In this document: piece by piece, positions 11,979 through 26,499 of the stretch
How the letters are laid out: every line of letters begins with the position of its first letter
Numbering within the stretch: position 1 is the first letter of the stretch
Source of the DNA: Octopus sinensis
Lineage: Eukaryota
NCBI RefSeq assembly: GCF_006345805.1
Contig: NC_042998.1
Location: 40,176,001 to 40,240,000, forward strand
DNA: 64,000 bases
Reading direction: 5' to 3'
Notes under the pieces: generated by a model
The model's database searches: none
Told to the model about the DNA's origin: nothing
What the model saw: only the letters and a program-made list of their open reading frames with translations
Program-made: the position numbers and the translations under genes

Positions 11979-14900
11979 CAGAATTGTTTCTGAATTAACA
12001 AACTTTATACCTTCCCCCACGTCTACGTAATGTATATGACTTATTCTGTGAATTCTAGTGTCACTCTTACTATGCACTAGATCTATACTAAACACTTAGC
12101 TCAATTGTTCCTCTTCATAAATACATCTATTTCAAACCTCCTCTTAATACCTTTTCTTTTCTTACAATTAACTTGTAAGTTGGGGAAAACTGAAGTAAAT
12201 AAATATATATGGTTGCTGTTCTTTCTGCAACCAAATTTATAAAAAATCAAAATTGATGTAGTGTTAATAAGTTTCATATTTAATGTTCAGCTCAACTGCT
12301 CAGAATCTTAATCAATTTGCCAAAACACTTCTATAAAATGAAACAAAATATAAAAAACTCCATTTAAAAGGAATATTTTGCAAATAAATCTTTAATAACT
12401 AGAAAAGATAAATACAGACATTTCCTTAAAAATCAAAATTAATTGATTTATTTAAAATTTTATTAGGAGAATCTTAAGTATCCTTTATTCTTTGAATATA
12501 TTTAAAAAATATATATATAAATTTTTTGTAGCCTTAAGAATACTCTTTTAAAAGGATTTCAGATATAATTTTTCATTTAAGAAATGTCTATTACCAATAC
12601 TGACAAAATTTGTAGTATCTAATTCTTTGAAGCATATTTTCAACTCTTTATGAATGTACTCCCTTATCTATACCTTGTTGAGAACAACTGCTGCAAATTT
12701 TCCAAGAATTTAGAGATGTGTGAGTGGATATGTCGAAACTTCACATAAAAAGGCACTATTGAAACTAATTCAAATTTTTATTTTATAAATCTCTGACACT
12801 ATGATTTTATGTTAAAATTATAAGCTTGGCAAAGAAGGCATATAAAACTACGAAACACACTTTTACCCATTTTATGATAAATATTCAAAGCTCTTTTAGG
12901 CAGTTTTTTTCAAAAGCACTTAAATTTCTTTCTAGAAGAAATTTTAAATAATTGAAGTTTTCTCATAATACAATCAATATTGCAACTATTCCATAAATAA
13001 ATGCTTAATACAGAATGCTCAATAGTTGTAAATGTTTTGTAGACAGTACAGCTTTTTACATATGTATGCAGTTATTTTCTGGGTGGCAAGACAATCTATA
13101 TTATTAGGCCTTAAAGATTCTCATAAAATCTCCTGATACTGGGTGCAGTGATTCGTTTATATTGCTCTTTAGGGAAGTAGGGGTAACATAATTTTTAAGC
13201 ATGTTGTCATTAAATATAGTAGTCGAGTCAGTATAAAACTTTTATGGAGAAATGAAATAAATAATTGTTTTATCACAAAACAGAATGCTTGACTTCCTGG
13301 AGAAGGGGCTGATAATCATTGAAGAGCTATGAAAGTTAAATATTGCACCTAATGTCAAGAGATTTTATTAGATATTTTGTTTAATATCTAGTAATAAAGA
13401 TTGCATTGTTTCCCCACTTTGTTTCATTAAAATAACTGCATGCATGCACACATACACCTTTATCTTCAGCTGAGATGTTTTTCAAGTTCACTCTTCAGTC
13501 ATGAATTCTCATTTCTTGTAACTTGAAACAAATTACTTATTTTAAAAATGATGAGCTAGTAATATCTGAAACAATAATTTGGTATTTTAAAATTATGGAA
13601 AACTAATTAAATTTGCATAATTATTTAGAAATAATAATTGCTTCTCAGATTTTATGTTTAAATTCAGGAGAAATGAGAGAAAAAAAATGAAAATTTATCG
13701 TTAAGCACTTAATACTTTAATGAATTAGAAACTTGTCTTCATGAGTGAATCATACCTCAGAGGGTAACTATACATACACTTTTTGGTTGTGTCCCTATAT
13801 CTTTATTATTTATATACAAAATAAAATGTATGCTACTTGCATTGCATATACATAGTGTATATATATATATACATACACACACACACACAGACATACATAT
13901 CATATATATATATATGTACATTATATATATGTTAAAAACATACACACACACATGATGTGCACAATCACACAGCTTGAAAATAGTAAAATAAACCTGGATT
14001 GCAACTCTAACATTTTCCCATAGATTGAGGACAGATTTCATTTATAAAATTGATAAATAACAATTGGGTAAGATATGCATATATTTACACATAGGAACTC
14101 ACTTTGCAATACATTTTTTTGCTTGTATATAACAGAAATATTAAACATGTATGTAATATCATATGAATATTTGGATGGCTATACCCCAAAAAGAATAATA
14201 TATATGCATAATAATATACAAATATGATTTTGTAGCATTACTATAAATCGATGTGTATTTAATACACAAAGTTTTATATACACACTTATAGAAATATAAA
14301 GATTCCATGATAATAGCTATGAAGTGAGACATTTTACCTCAAATAAAACAGGTTTTTCTCTTTCCAAACCAAATTATTTTTGATATTTTTCTTGTGCTTA
14401 GGGTTTACAACTTTGATTGCACAAACAAACAAAACCATAGAATACTTTATATATGTATGTATACTATGCATATTTCAGTATTTTAATAAATTATATTAAA
14501 GTTTTATATGCTATAAAATTTTTAGCATATATATATATTATATTGTGGACCCAATGTATTTCTCTTTATTGTTTGGGTTCATATGCCTGTAGATATGCAT
14601 TTCATTACAAAATTCAAAATAAACTTGAAGATACACATTTTGTTTTCATTTGTCACTTATTTATCTTTAAAGCAAAAATTAAACAAAAACTAAAGACCCA
14701 TGTACAAAATTTTCCAGATTACATTTTTCATTAGAATTAAAAATAAACAACATAAATATTAATTTAAAATAAAATAGGGGTGATGACACAATTTTCAGAA
14801 AAATAATATAGTAAATCATAATTTCTTTATTTAGAACACAACTAAAAAGTTTTAATAGTTAGAGAATCAAATGGATATAGAATGAGAATTTATGATTTAG

Positions 14901-15187
14901 AATACAGCACTTTAGTTCTAATTCATAGTTTATTGATTCTTGTTTGTAAAAATAACACAAAATATTTCCAATGCAACAACATTTAGGTTCAGAAACACAT
15001 TTTTATTTACTTTTTTGGAATTTATAAATACATTTCAAGGTAATATACTTTGATAAGGGCCCCAAATTTTGCAACATTTGAGATGCTTAGATTTATGCAA
15101 GGTTCATTGATATGACCTATTTATTGACATAGCAGGGCATATAAACAAATGCATGTGGAATATCAGTGGTATGTGAGCAATGTGGTG

Positions 15188-15409
15188 TTAACCATTTTGT
15201 TACTATATTTCTGTTGAGATACATTGCTTTTGTTTCAATTAATTTTGAAAATAATAAAGGAATTTAGTACAATAATTCAATATTAAACTGAAGTCTAGAA
15301 CATAAATATGGGTGCAAGGTTTTGATTCAGATCACTTTAAAATAGGAATTTTTTTAACATAGACCAGAGGTGGTATCAAACAGTTTAGTATTGGTATAAA
15401 AAGGGTTAA
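15188..15409. mobile_element. TTAA-type MITE (same family as 10021-10249)
   Basis: ttaaccattttgttac...ggtataaaaagggttaa; shared internal motifs (caattaattttgaaa, gatcactttaaaa). Confidence 0.65.
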
Positions 15410-18400
15410 ACAAGGACAGATCATTTGGCCAGTGACGCTTCATCACTTTGTATAACAGTCAGAAAGTTATAATTTTTTATTTATTTATAATAGTTACATT
15501 TTTCCAAAATTGGAAATTCCAATATTTTTTAACTTTGATGAATTTTCTTTGATTTTTGGACATTTGAGAATATTCTTATAGAGATTGATAATTTTTTCTT
15601 TCTTCGTTAAAACTTATGATGACTTATTAGAACAATCCAGTTACTTGCCTTGCACACCATCCAATCCAATAATTTATCCACATGATAGGCAGCCACATTT
15701 ACTATTGTCTATCACAAAAGTAACATTGTTATACATTTTGATAGGTACACCATAAAAACAAATGAAATAGAGATAAAAATGATTTAAGATTTATAATTTT
15801 CATTTTTAATAATGATTTGGAAAATGTTTGAAAACAAATTTTCTTTCTTTTCTTATTTTGTGATGAAACAAAATTTAAGGTCCTGACTTTGCATATTACC
15901 CTATTTTTAGTGTTATTATTTTAACTTCAATAATTAAGGGCTCAAACTTTATGTTGATAAAAAATGTGCCAACATTTCAATTTTCAAGTGTATCATATCT
16001 TATATTTAATATGTTGATCAATTCTAAATACCACAGTAATTGTAGAGAATCTAAACATTTACAGTTTTAAAATGTTTGTGAATAAAAGTTGGGAAAATGG
16101 AAATTAACAAATCTTCAAATCTTAAGGCACTGCATATAATAACGGTTTGATTTGAAATTTTAATAAAAAAAAATGTAATGGCATTTGGGCATGAAATTTT
16201 AGCTGCTTGAAGCTTTCTAAAGTAGAATTAAAAACAAAACATGAGATATATTACGTGGTACAAAACTGAGAGTTACATTTGAAAAGCGTTTATGCTAACC
16301 ACCATTTGGCTTTGGATGAAGAATTTCAACAAATTTTGATGCTTTTGAAGGAGATAGCGTAAGATATTTATTTCCAAAATACAAATGTGATTGTCAACGA
16401 AAATATTTAAAAGCTAAATTAAATCCAATTATTACAGAATTAATTTGAATTTTCTTTTAACTTCAAGTATACCAATTGAAATGCAATTCCACTTCAGTGG
16501 AGAATGAGACATAAAAGGCTGGTGCCAACAAAAACAAGCTTAATTAGTAATTTTAATAAATTATTATAATAAATACTCAGAATTAAGAAAGGTAACAGCT
16601 ACTAAATCTATTCAAAATGAAAAATATTTAATGTGTTTGGCAGATAATTTGACTTTTATAGCTATTTTAGTAAAGTATTAAAAGAAATGAAATTTCTTCT
16701 TTTGAAACTTACTTGTAAGATAGATATAAATGGAACTTAACCACTGAGGCTAATTACTCAGAGATACCATTTGCATGAAGAATAATAGTTAAGTTAGCAT
16801 ATTTATTGTAACAAACATTAGGCAGTTAATTAAAACATCTATGTGATGAGGAAAAGCTTAATGACTAATATTTTAAATAATTTTGGTAAGTACAAGAGAC
16901 AGCTCCAGACATGTTTAAATTTCATGAAGCTGACTCAACAAAGCTGAAAAAAGATTCTTATAAATTTTAAGCTTTACCTATCAGTATTAAACACAAAATC
17001 CAATGCAAATAAAAAATTCAGTTGAACTATTAATGCAAGGAGATGGTTATTATATGTATCAAATAATTAAAAAAACAAGGAATATTGATAGTTTGTCAAT
17101 AGCTTAATTACAAAAGTTAAGAAATCAAATTATATGTGTTTCATCAATTTTAAATGTAAGTGATGTAAGTTTGAAAAAAAAATATAAATCAAGTGTTCTG
17201 AACACTTTTATTGAAGAAACTAGATAAATTGGAAAAGATACCATTTATGTTGTCCAAGTAGCATAAAGAGCATGGAGATTTTAGATGTTTGACAAGAGAA
17301 TCTTACACTGACAAGTTTTAATTACTAGAATTTGGCATTTTCAAATACTTAATTGAAATTTTAAAATTTTAGTCATACTGAAAGCAATTGAATACATCAA
17401 TGTAATTTAAGCATTATCAAACTAATGTGGTTTTTAGACAAGCAGATCATTAGGAAAACCCAGTTCTGAACTAGGTGTTGTAAACCTTTAAACCACAATA
17501 AACAGACTTAAAATATGAAACACTTACACAGAATATATGAAAGTGCTTATGACACAACAAATGTATCAGAAAGAGCATTTGACTAGAATATTTTGCTCAT
17601 TCACCTCAAATCCTTGTTAGGAAAAGGTAATGGTTATGTCTTTACTATTTAAGTAAATAAAAATGACCATTTACTGTATGCTGATATAAAATTGTTAAAA
17701 AGAATGTGAGACATGTTGGCATGAAAATATGAAGTAATGAGTTTTCTTTGGTACAAATTTCTTTTTTAAAAAAAATTCTTTTAAGTTAGAAAGAGGATAT
17801 GATTGACAAACTTAATCTATTGGTATTACTTCTACCAATTACAAAGGATGAAATTCAAAAGTAGCCATAGCAGGTTTTGTATTAAAAAAGCTAAAGGTCT
17901 AAGTTGAATATTATAAAGCCTCTAGTCTATAACAACTTCACTGCGCTGGAATATGTAACAGTCATGCTGTTCTTAAAGTGAACATGTAACAATACAAACT
18001 AAGCCATGGACTATTGAGTAGAATTATTTCTAGAAAAACTCCTTAATGATGAAATATTACATTCGATTAAAAGTATAGGTGAGGAATAATATATTTTTAT
18101 TTTGAATATGCAAGATAGCAGATAAATACACTAAAATTTAGTAAAATATGAATTAAGTACTAAAGAGGAAAGCTGTAATTAATTCCGTTTTTTAAAATAA
18201 ATGTTAATTACTTACAAAAATATAACTCCTTTCCAAACATTTATTAGGCCAGGCAATCACATCTATTAAATTCTATCATAACCAGTTTCTGGCTGCATGT
18301 ACAATGGCTACTATATTAAAGCAGATCAAACATAATACTTGAAATGAATTTTTAAAATGAGAGGAGTTTCAGCATTGTTATTTTTTAATTGATTTTGTTA

Positions 18401-18955
18401 TAAAAGAAATTTCAGGTATTGTCAACAACTCTTTGGTGCAAATGGATTAATAATAATTTTCTTTACAAAGTAATGAAGTTGATTAACATGTCAGTAAAAT
18501 TAAAAACAGGAAAGGAAAGTGATGATAGTCCAATCATATTAGACATAAATAAAATTGATCCAGGTAGAAACTGAAACCAGACCAAGGACTCAATTTAAGA
18601 ATGCCTTTTACAATAGCAAAAATAAATCTATTTTATGAGGTGGAACTGCTTCAGTGACCAGGATGCAGAAGTGTGATGAAACTTTTTGGCACTTCATAAA
18701 AGACAGTACTATTAAGTCATAAATGAAAACTGAATATAACTAGTGTGTACTTTTAAATAGCTAAAATGGTTTTTCGATGACTTAGTTGTTTCAGTTCCAA
18801 AACATGATTTCAAATCAAGTCAAATATGTAGAACTCTCAAAACTATTTCATTCTCGGGATTAACAAATTTTGATCTAAAATGTTTTAATAATTTACTTCA
18901 TTGAAAATTTGATAATAGCAGTTTAAGTAAAAATGTTAAATCCTTTGAAGATGTA

Positions 18956-19161
18956 TTAACTCTTTGTTACTATAATTCAGTTGAAATTTACTTCCTTTCT
19001 TCCAATTAATTTTTAAGATACTGAAGAATTTAATAAAATAACTGTTATTATTAAGCTGGTGTTTGGAACATAAATTATAATGAAATTTTGATGGTAGGTT
19101 TTAATTTAGATCCTTTTAAAACAGGAAGCTTGTGTTACAGGCCCACAGTGATCTCAGGCAG
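18956..19161. mobile_element. TTAA-type MITE (same family)
   Basis: ttaactctttgttac...ggtactgaacagattaa; internally similar to 15188-15409. Confidence 0.6.
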
Positions 19162-20564
19162 ATTGGTACTGAACAGATTAAAACACAGAAATAGATTAAA
19201 AAACAAATAGAATCAAACTGTGCATTAAAATTTTCCAATTTTGTGAAATATTAATTAACCTTAAAGAATTTGAGCTTGCTTTTAAAAATTTTATTCAAAG
19301 AAAAACTGCATATCTGGTTTTAAAATTTAATTTCAATACCCTTTTGTTGTTGCATAAAGGTTAAAAAAAAGTTTATCAAATAAATAAATGCAAAATTAAT
19401 CTAAACTTTACTGTAAAATCTTTAAAACATTTGGTAAAAGCTTCTTTTTTTTTTGCTGAATATCTGGAATAATCAGTGTTATGTCAGGTGTGAACCTTTT
19501 AATTAAGCTAAAATATATGTTACTGAATTCCATTTCGGCTGTGAAATCAGAATACAGAAAGAGCTAATTTAAATCAATTAAATATATATTTAGTTAAAAA
19601 GCCACTTAAAATCAAAAATACAGAAATTCATAGAATTTAGTGATGGATTAAAATATTATCACACAATACTTGAAAAGAGTTATTGTATTGGACCACAAAG
19701 AAAAATAAAAAAAAGGTTACAGTAAGCAATGTTAGATGGAATGCAAAGAAGGTGAGATTTAGCATAGCTCGAGTTTACTGTGTTAAACATTTCAGAGAAA
19801 GAAAGTGAGGAACAAAAAACAAAACTGCATTCAAAAATAAAGGAATGCTGCACTGCTAAGAGTAAAACTAAACAGTGAAGTTTTTAAAATATTTTCCAGA
19901 AATATTTTCATAGAAATAAAATATAATTTCTAAACTGGATCAGATGAACATATAGTATTGTTTCATTTTTACTGACAAAATAGTAACAAAAATTTATATA
20001 TATCTTACTTTCAATATTTTCTAATCTAAACAAGCTATTTTCATGGTGGTAACTTTCTGGCTATTGATGCTAGCATTTTTATCTTTAGATGTGATATTAT
20101 TTATGGCTAAGAATAAAACAAATTAGAAATTTAGTACATATTTAAATTTTTAAGATATTCAACACGTAGAAGGAAGATTAAAAACAGGACAGAAAGAAGT
20201 GCTGATTCTAAAGTTGGATTTTCTTTGCTACTATAAGCTATTCAAATTTTCTGCTTTTTAAAGTATTTCATATCAAACGAAAATAAAACATGTCCCCTCT
20301 TCTGTGTAAAAAAATATAAAAAAACCCAAAAGAAACAAAAAAGCCAGAAGAAACAAATAATTTAATGAAAATTGTGTCATACATTTAACCTTTCAAATTT
20401 TATGCTGAAAAATTGCTCTCAAATTTCTATCACTGAATCTTCTTTCAAGTGTGTATGTGTGTGTGTATGTATATTTTTGTATACACACATAATATATAGT
20501 TATACAAACATGCACATACACACACACATATGTGTATATATATATATATATATACACACACATA

Positions 20565-21423
20565 CATGGTCTGATCAATAAGTATCTGGACTGTTGTCAT
20601 AGTAATGAAGCTAAAGCATGCAAAGTGAAGCTGCTTAGCAAAGATTGACCTTCAACTCTGCTGTGCATGCGCACCAAGTTTTAATGTTCTAGCTCACTTC
20701 TACTGTTTACAGCATTGCTTGGAAGGAAGGTGTGTAGCATGAGATCATTGCATTGATCATGACAGAGAAAGTTGAGCAGAAAATCTGCATCAAATTTTGC
20801 CAAAAGCTTGGCGATACCTGCTCAGAGGTCTACACTAAGTTTTCAAAAAGTTTGCATTGTTCACGACACTATCAAGGAGATCTTGTGCAATTGAAGCGAG
20901 AGTGTCTTTTTGGTCAGCTGAAAACAGTTTCGGCACAATCTTGGCAGACACACATCTCATACCCAAATCTTCAGTAATAATGGACTGAACTGAACTGTAA
21001 CTGATCTGCACATCCTCTGATAACTCACAGATAGTGATTCGACAATTTTCCCTCACAGTTGCACGCGCATCTGCGATATTTTCCTCAGTTCTACTGAGAT
21101 AATATCAACATTTTTTCAGCCATCTTGGAAACATCTGAACCACTTGTACACTTCTGTGCGGCTCATATACTTTCTGCAACTTTGTATAGGCCTTTGAACA
21201 GGTATCGGCATGATAACTTTTCCTGTCATGGTCAATGCAACGATCACATATTACACACCTTCCCTCCAAGCACTGCTGTAAATAGTGGAAGTGAGCTAGA
21301 ACGTTAAAACTTAGTGTGCATGCACTGTAGAGATCAAGGTCAATCTTTGCCAAGCGGTTTCACCCTGCATGCTTTAGCTTCATTACTATGGCAACAATCT
21401 GGAAACTTATTGATCAGACCTCA
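20565..21423. mobile_element. Palindromic (fold-back) mariner derivative made of two 5' halves
   Basis: TA-flanked ends catggtctgatcaataag / cttattgatcagacctca, with inverted arms of about 250 bp. The plus arm encodes MTEKVEQKICIKFCQKLGDT. The minus arm encodes EVYKWFRCFQDG..RITICELSEDVQISYSSVQSIITEDLGMRCVSAKIVPKLFS. There is no catalytic domain. Confidence 0.9.
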
Positions 21424-21427
21424 TATA

Positions 21428-21471
<44 letters not shown>

Positions 21472-21490
21472 ACATATGTATATGTACATA

Positions 21491-21525
<35 letters not shown>

Positions 21526-22605
21526 GTATTATGAATGAATGTATGAATGCATATATACGTATGTGTATGTGTACACAAACACACACATGCTATACATTAT
21601 GAATACATACACATATAATGGGAGACTTTGTGTGAGAGAGAAAGTATGCTGTGAAAAAAACCCCAGTATATTAAGAAATGAGCAATCCTCACAAAATTAG
21701 GAATGCATGCAATACATATAACAATATTCAAGACATTGAAAAGGTAAAATAAAAAAAATCATCAAAAGTAATAACAGCTTCTTGCAATGTGTGGTAACAT
21801 GATAACAATGAACAAAAAAAAAAAATTCTGCCATGCTTGTGTGGGTGACTCAATGAACACCAGTTAAAGAGAGATAACAAGAGATTAGTGGTAGTACAAA
21901 AAGCTACAGCGAGGATTATGATTGAGCAAGAGCTCAAACCAAAAGATAATTTGTACTCAAGGAATTATAACATTAGGAAGGAAGTTCATGCATGTAGAAA
22001 AATATCTTAGAATAGGAAATAAAAAACAAAAATAGTTTTTTTTGTTTCATTCTTTTGTGATATAACTAAAAAACACACCAAAAAACTATAAACTTAAGAC
22101 TAGATTTTATGAAGAGTCAGTACACTTCTTTTTGGGGATTTTACATTAACTGAAGGTTTTTTTAAAGCCAAATTTAAATTCCCATCCTTTATTAGAAGAA
22201 AACCAGTTTCTTCACACTCACTCCACTTTTGCACAATACACAATGAATAATATAATTGAAGTTTCAATAGATTTTTTTTAATGTTTTATTTACTCCATGT
22301 ACCAGTGTTCAACACAGAAGTATTGGAAGAAATAAGCACTCAAAAATAGTGATATATAAAATGGAAGGATTCATTATATATATGCGTGTGTATATACATG
22401 TGCATGTGTGCAAGTGTGTGTATAACATATGCACACACACTCATATATATATATATATGTATATATACTACATGTATACAATATGTACATGCATATACAA
22501 TATATATAAAAACCTATATATATATATATATATGTGCCGGTATTTATATGTATATGTGTGTGTGTGTATATATATATATATATACTCACACACACACACT
22601 GAGGC

Positions 22606-22868
22606 AAAAAAGATTTTTTAATTCAAAATTATTAATCATACAGTCCTTAGAAAATTATACATAGAAAGTAACACAGTTTTTGTGTTAGTACTTTCATTCT
22701 TTCCAGCTTTTCAAATACATGTAGTATGTGGATACTATGTATATTTGAAAAACTGAATACAGAAAGTCTTTCTGTGAGCACTTTCATCATCAGGTCTCCA
22801 TTAATGTTATTTTTTAAAAAAGATTTCTTATATAATTAATAATTTTTAATAAAAAAAAAATCGTTTTT
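22606..22868. repeat. AT-rich fold-back element (probable MITE)
   Basis: Nested imperfect inverted repeats: 22606-22640 with 22830-22868, 22663-22677 with 22772-22786, and a central hairpin at 22703-22755. Confidence 0.6.
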
Positions 22869-23358
22869 CAAATATTTTGACTGTATTAAGAATTTTTTCT
22901 AAAATGTTCAAATATTTATACACACACATAAGTGCATATATATTGCTTGGCTTGTAGTATAGTTCATCATTCTAATGATACTATATAAAATTTTGGGTAT
23001 AAATTTGTTGGGTAATGAGAAGGGATCTTTTCATCTTGGAAATATATCGGAAATTTTGTCATAGGAAAAACCTATGAAATATAACTAGAAGTGATGTTGA
23101 AATATTTGATGTGGGATAATTGGGGCTAGTAGATGGAGAAGAAATTGAAGAATATCATAAGGTGAAAGAGAACTGGCGAATAGGTGTATGAACCCCAATT
23201 AGTAGAGAAAAGAAAATTTATTAGAGGACAGTAAAGAGTACAGAAAACATAATGGAGAAATGAGAGCATAACTAATACAAGAGGCAGAAGTGAGAAGGGA
23301 AACAATAAGACGACAAATGTTCAAGTGAGTGCTTGGGTGTGTAAATACTTTTTAATAG

Positions 23359-23364
23359 TTTATT
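23359..23364 (-). promoter_or_regulatory. Probable proximal polyadenylation signal (AATAAA) of the Ro60-like gene
   Basis: First AATAAA seen on the minus strand after the stop codon (about 660 nt downstream), followed by a U/GU-rich tract at about 23330-23270. Confidence 0.5.
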
Positions 23365-24025
23365 ACAGTAAATAATTTCATCTCTTTCATTGCCAGAAGT
23401 GGTAAATACAGACTTCTTTCTGCTGCTCACCAAATGCCCTGCTGAGGTGAGAAGAGAGTCAGCATTTAAGAGTTTAAAATAGATAGCTTTGTAACACCAC
23501 GTATAACTCAGCAGAAACAGTCAATAACTCATTTATCATAAAAAAGAATAGCAAAACAAAGCAAAACAACAACAAGCATGTTTCCCCCCTTTTTTTTTAA
23601 AGCTTTTTCAGCTAAGTTTAGTATGGTTGCACACCACATGTCATAGCCATTCCAGAAGTAAAAACCTTCGATGCCATAACACTGATAATAAAAATTCAGT
23701 TCAGTTAAAAAATAAGAAAAGTTTAAAAGAGCAAACTTCTCATATTGAAGGAATTCTAAAAAGATATCACAAAATAGCAGTCTGAGGTAATTAAAAAAAA
23801 ATCAGAATTGGTACAAATGTCTATCATAGTGTAGAATTGTGAGAGAATGCGTCGAATTAAAACTGCCAAACTGACAAGGCAGCTGTAGGTTAAAATCTGC
23901 CGCTGGGAGTGGAGGAAAACTTAGGAAATAAGCCTTGACAAGGACATATTTGGCAGTAGTGGATGTGGAGAGAAAGTTTTCTTTTTTGGTGCCAGCAGCA
24001 ATCATGGAACAGTGTAGTTTGAAAC

Positions 24026-24158
24026 TCAGAGATTTCCTAAAACAAAATCATGGATGACACGTGGTGCATTCTCATCAAAACCAGCAACATCTAACATGCC
24101 ATTATCAGATGGGTCAGCAAATCTTAATCTATTGGTGGATATAGCACAGTTAATATAC
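24026..24158 (-). CDS. RO60: Ro60/TROVE2-like, terminal coding exon
   Basis: Acceptor ttatttcag|; (K)YINCAISTNRLRFADPSDNGMLDVAGFDENAPRVIHDFVLGNL-TGA matches the Ro60 C-terminal signature IADPDDRGMLDxxGFD. Confidence 0.96.
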
Positions 24159-26499
24159 CTGAAATAATAAAGTATTGAAGTAAATCAAACTGACAACAGT
24201 ATTAATGTTTATAAATAAATATACAATATTCATGTGTATGGAAAACAATTGTTTGTAAAATAAGGTATGTATAAATGTTATATCTGTTATTAATAAGTCT
24301 ATTACTATTACTAATATTTTCAGTATTCATTCATATAAATATGAATAAATGACCATCTTCACACACACACTAAAAAATTGCAAAAGAAAACATGACTTTC
24401 TCTGTGATTTGACTAGAATTTCTCTCTTTCAAAAGAAAATGCCATCAAGTTACATGTAGCTATTTTGACAAACTATACAACAGAATTATCACTCTCTTTC
24501 TGGTCAACAATAATCAGTATTGTCACCCATAAGATTTTAATATTTTTAGGGAATTTGAGGCTTCATGGATTCTAGTTGAAACCTTCTCAAGGTTCAATTA
24601 GGTTTTCATGGTTTTTTTCCTTCTGATTGTTGGGAGTAACAAAATAAATACCAAACATTTATGGGGATGAATTTTGTAAAGCTATGATGGCTGTGAAAGT
24701 TATTCAGCCCTAACATAAGTCTACAAAAACAGATTAATATGAAGAAACATTTACAATAGGCCACATGATCTGTAGTTTCTAAAATAACTTATAAATGGTA
24801 GTAAAACATGAAATGTCAATCAGAAAAAATGGAGAGGAATGATCCCTTGGCTGTTCAATGTGGCAAGCTGAACACTGGGAATGTAACTTTTCCCTTCACT
24901 CATGCTGTTACTGTCATAGAGGAAGGCATGAGGACCATACATTCTCATTTACTCTTTCTTCTAAAAATATGCAACCTTGTGTCTATGTAATAAATCTTAG
25001 GAGAATATATCTCTCCAGCACAAAAGGTAATATGCCTTTGCATAATTAATATCATGACAATTGGAATTTAGTCAAAGACATACAAAGTACAAAGCAAGTT
25101 GTATACTAAAACTACATGGTGATAATTTAAAGTCACTTTTATATTTTTGTATTTAAAGAAGTAAAAATCACTTTGAAGTTCATATCTGGGTGAGGCAACT
25201 AAATATATATTTTATATAAAATTATAGTAGCGCTGCTAAAATAATCTGAATCTTCCAAAGTTAAATATTACTAAGATTAATAGTTAATTTGGACTGTAAC
25301 CTTTAAATTACTTTGTTACTATTTAGCTTTGTTTCTTCAACCAGAAATATACTAGCTGACCCAAAGATATTATAAGAGATCTAATAATTGACTTGTACAA
25401 CAGAATTACCACTATCTTCATTGTCATCAATATTCAATATTGTCCCAACCAGAATTTTAATATTTTCAGAGAATCAGGGGTTTATCAGTTTCTAGTTTAA
25501 GTTTTGCTCAATTACTAAAGAGGAGTGTGTAATTTAAAGCAAGGAAACAGTTTGACAAGAATGATTAATTTGTCAAAGATGTGTCAAATTTATACATGAA
25601 TGGCTAAATTTATTCTCTTAGTTCAAATTACTGTTGTTCTGGCTATGTTGGAGCACTGCCAGAAAACAGTTCAAACTATATTTAGAGGTGTAGCTATTAC
25701 TCTCGTTTTAAATAGCTACATAACTTACTAAAAGTCATATAGCATCAAACTTTAAACACTTTTTCTTGTCATTTATGCAAAACTCCAGATATGAAGAACT
25801 GTCAAACTCATTCTAACAGGGAGACTTGAAAATGTTATAAAAATACACACACATATATCTCTCAAGATTTCTCAACTTCTGTTCATACTCTCTATTCCGT
25901 TTTTCTCTATAACCCTTGCTATTAACAAGATGCCTTTCTCCTGTCCCCTACCATGCTCTCTCCTAAATACTTCCTATTCTACTACTCTGTTACTCTTTCT
26001 ATTATCACTCTATCACAACTATAAATCTGTTCCTCTCATCTTACCCAAATCTAGAATCAATGCACTCTCATTCATCCCATTCAGAACATTGCACCCTCTC
26101 TCTTTTGTTCGCCCTCAGTTAGAGGAGCCACTTTATGTTTCAGCCCTGGAAGTTATGAGGTAATCTTCACTAGTGCTAGTGGCATGAAAAAAAAACAAAA
26201 ACAACCCAATACACTCTGTAAAGTGGTTGGCATTAAGAGGGGTATCCAACCTTAGAAACCATGTCAAAGTAAACATGCATGGACATTGGACAGTAAATGA
26301 TGATGATGATGCAATATTAACATTGCAAAAAATAATGCATATTGCTCACACAGCCAAATCTTTGAACCTGGCAGAATAGCTGTGAAATCTTACTCAACTA
26401 TCTTATGTATGCATACATACATATACATATGTGTGTGTGAGCGAATGATAGTGTCTCCACATGGTTGCTTGACTTAATAAAAATAGTGGTCTTTATATG

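Noticed and set aside
20372-22664. ORFs rich in YI/CV/HT repeats (also 13757-14041, 44200-44535, 60785-61126)
   Set aside because: They are translations of (TA)n, (TG)n and (CA)n microsatellites.
23802-24028. Read-through or selenocysteine at the Ro60 TGA, and the 67-aa ORF just downstream
   Set aside because: The stop coincides with the family C-terminus, another in-frame TGA follows after 7 codons, and the downstream ORF is in a different frame with no recognisable motif.
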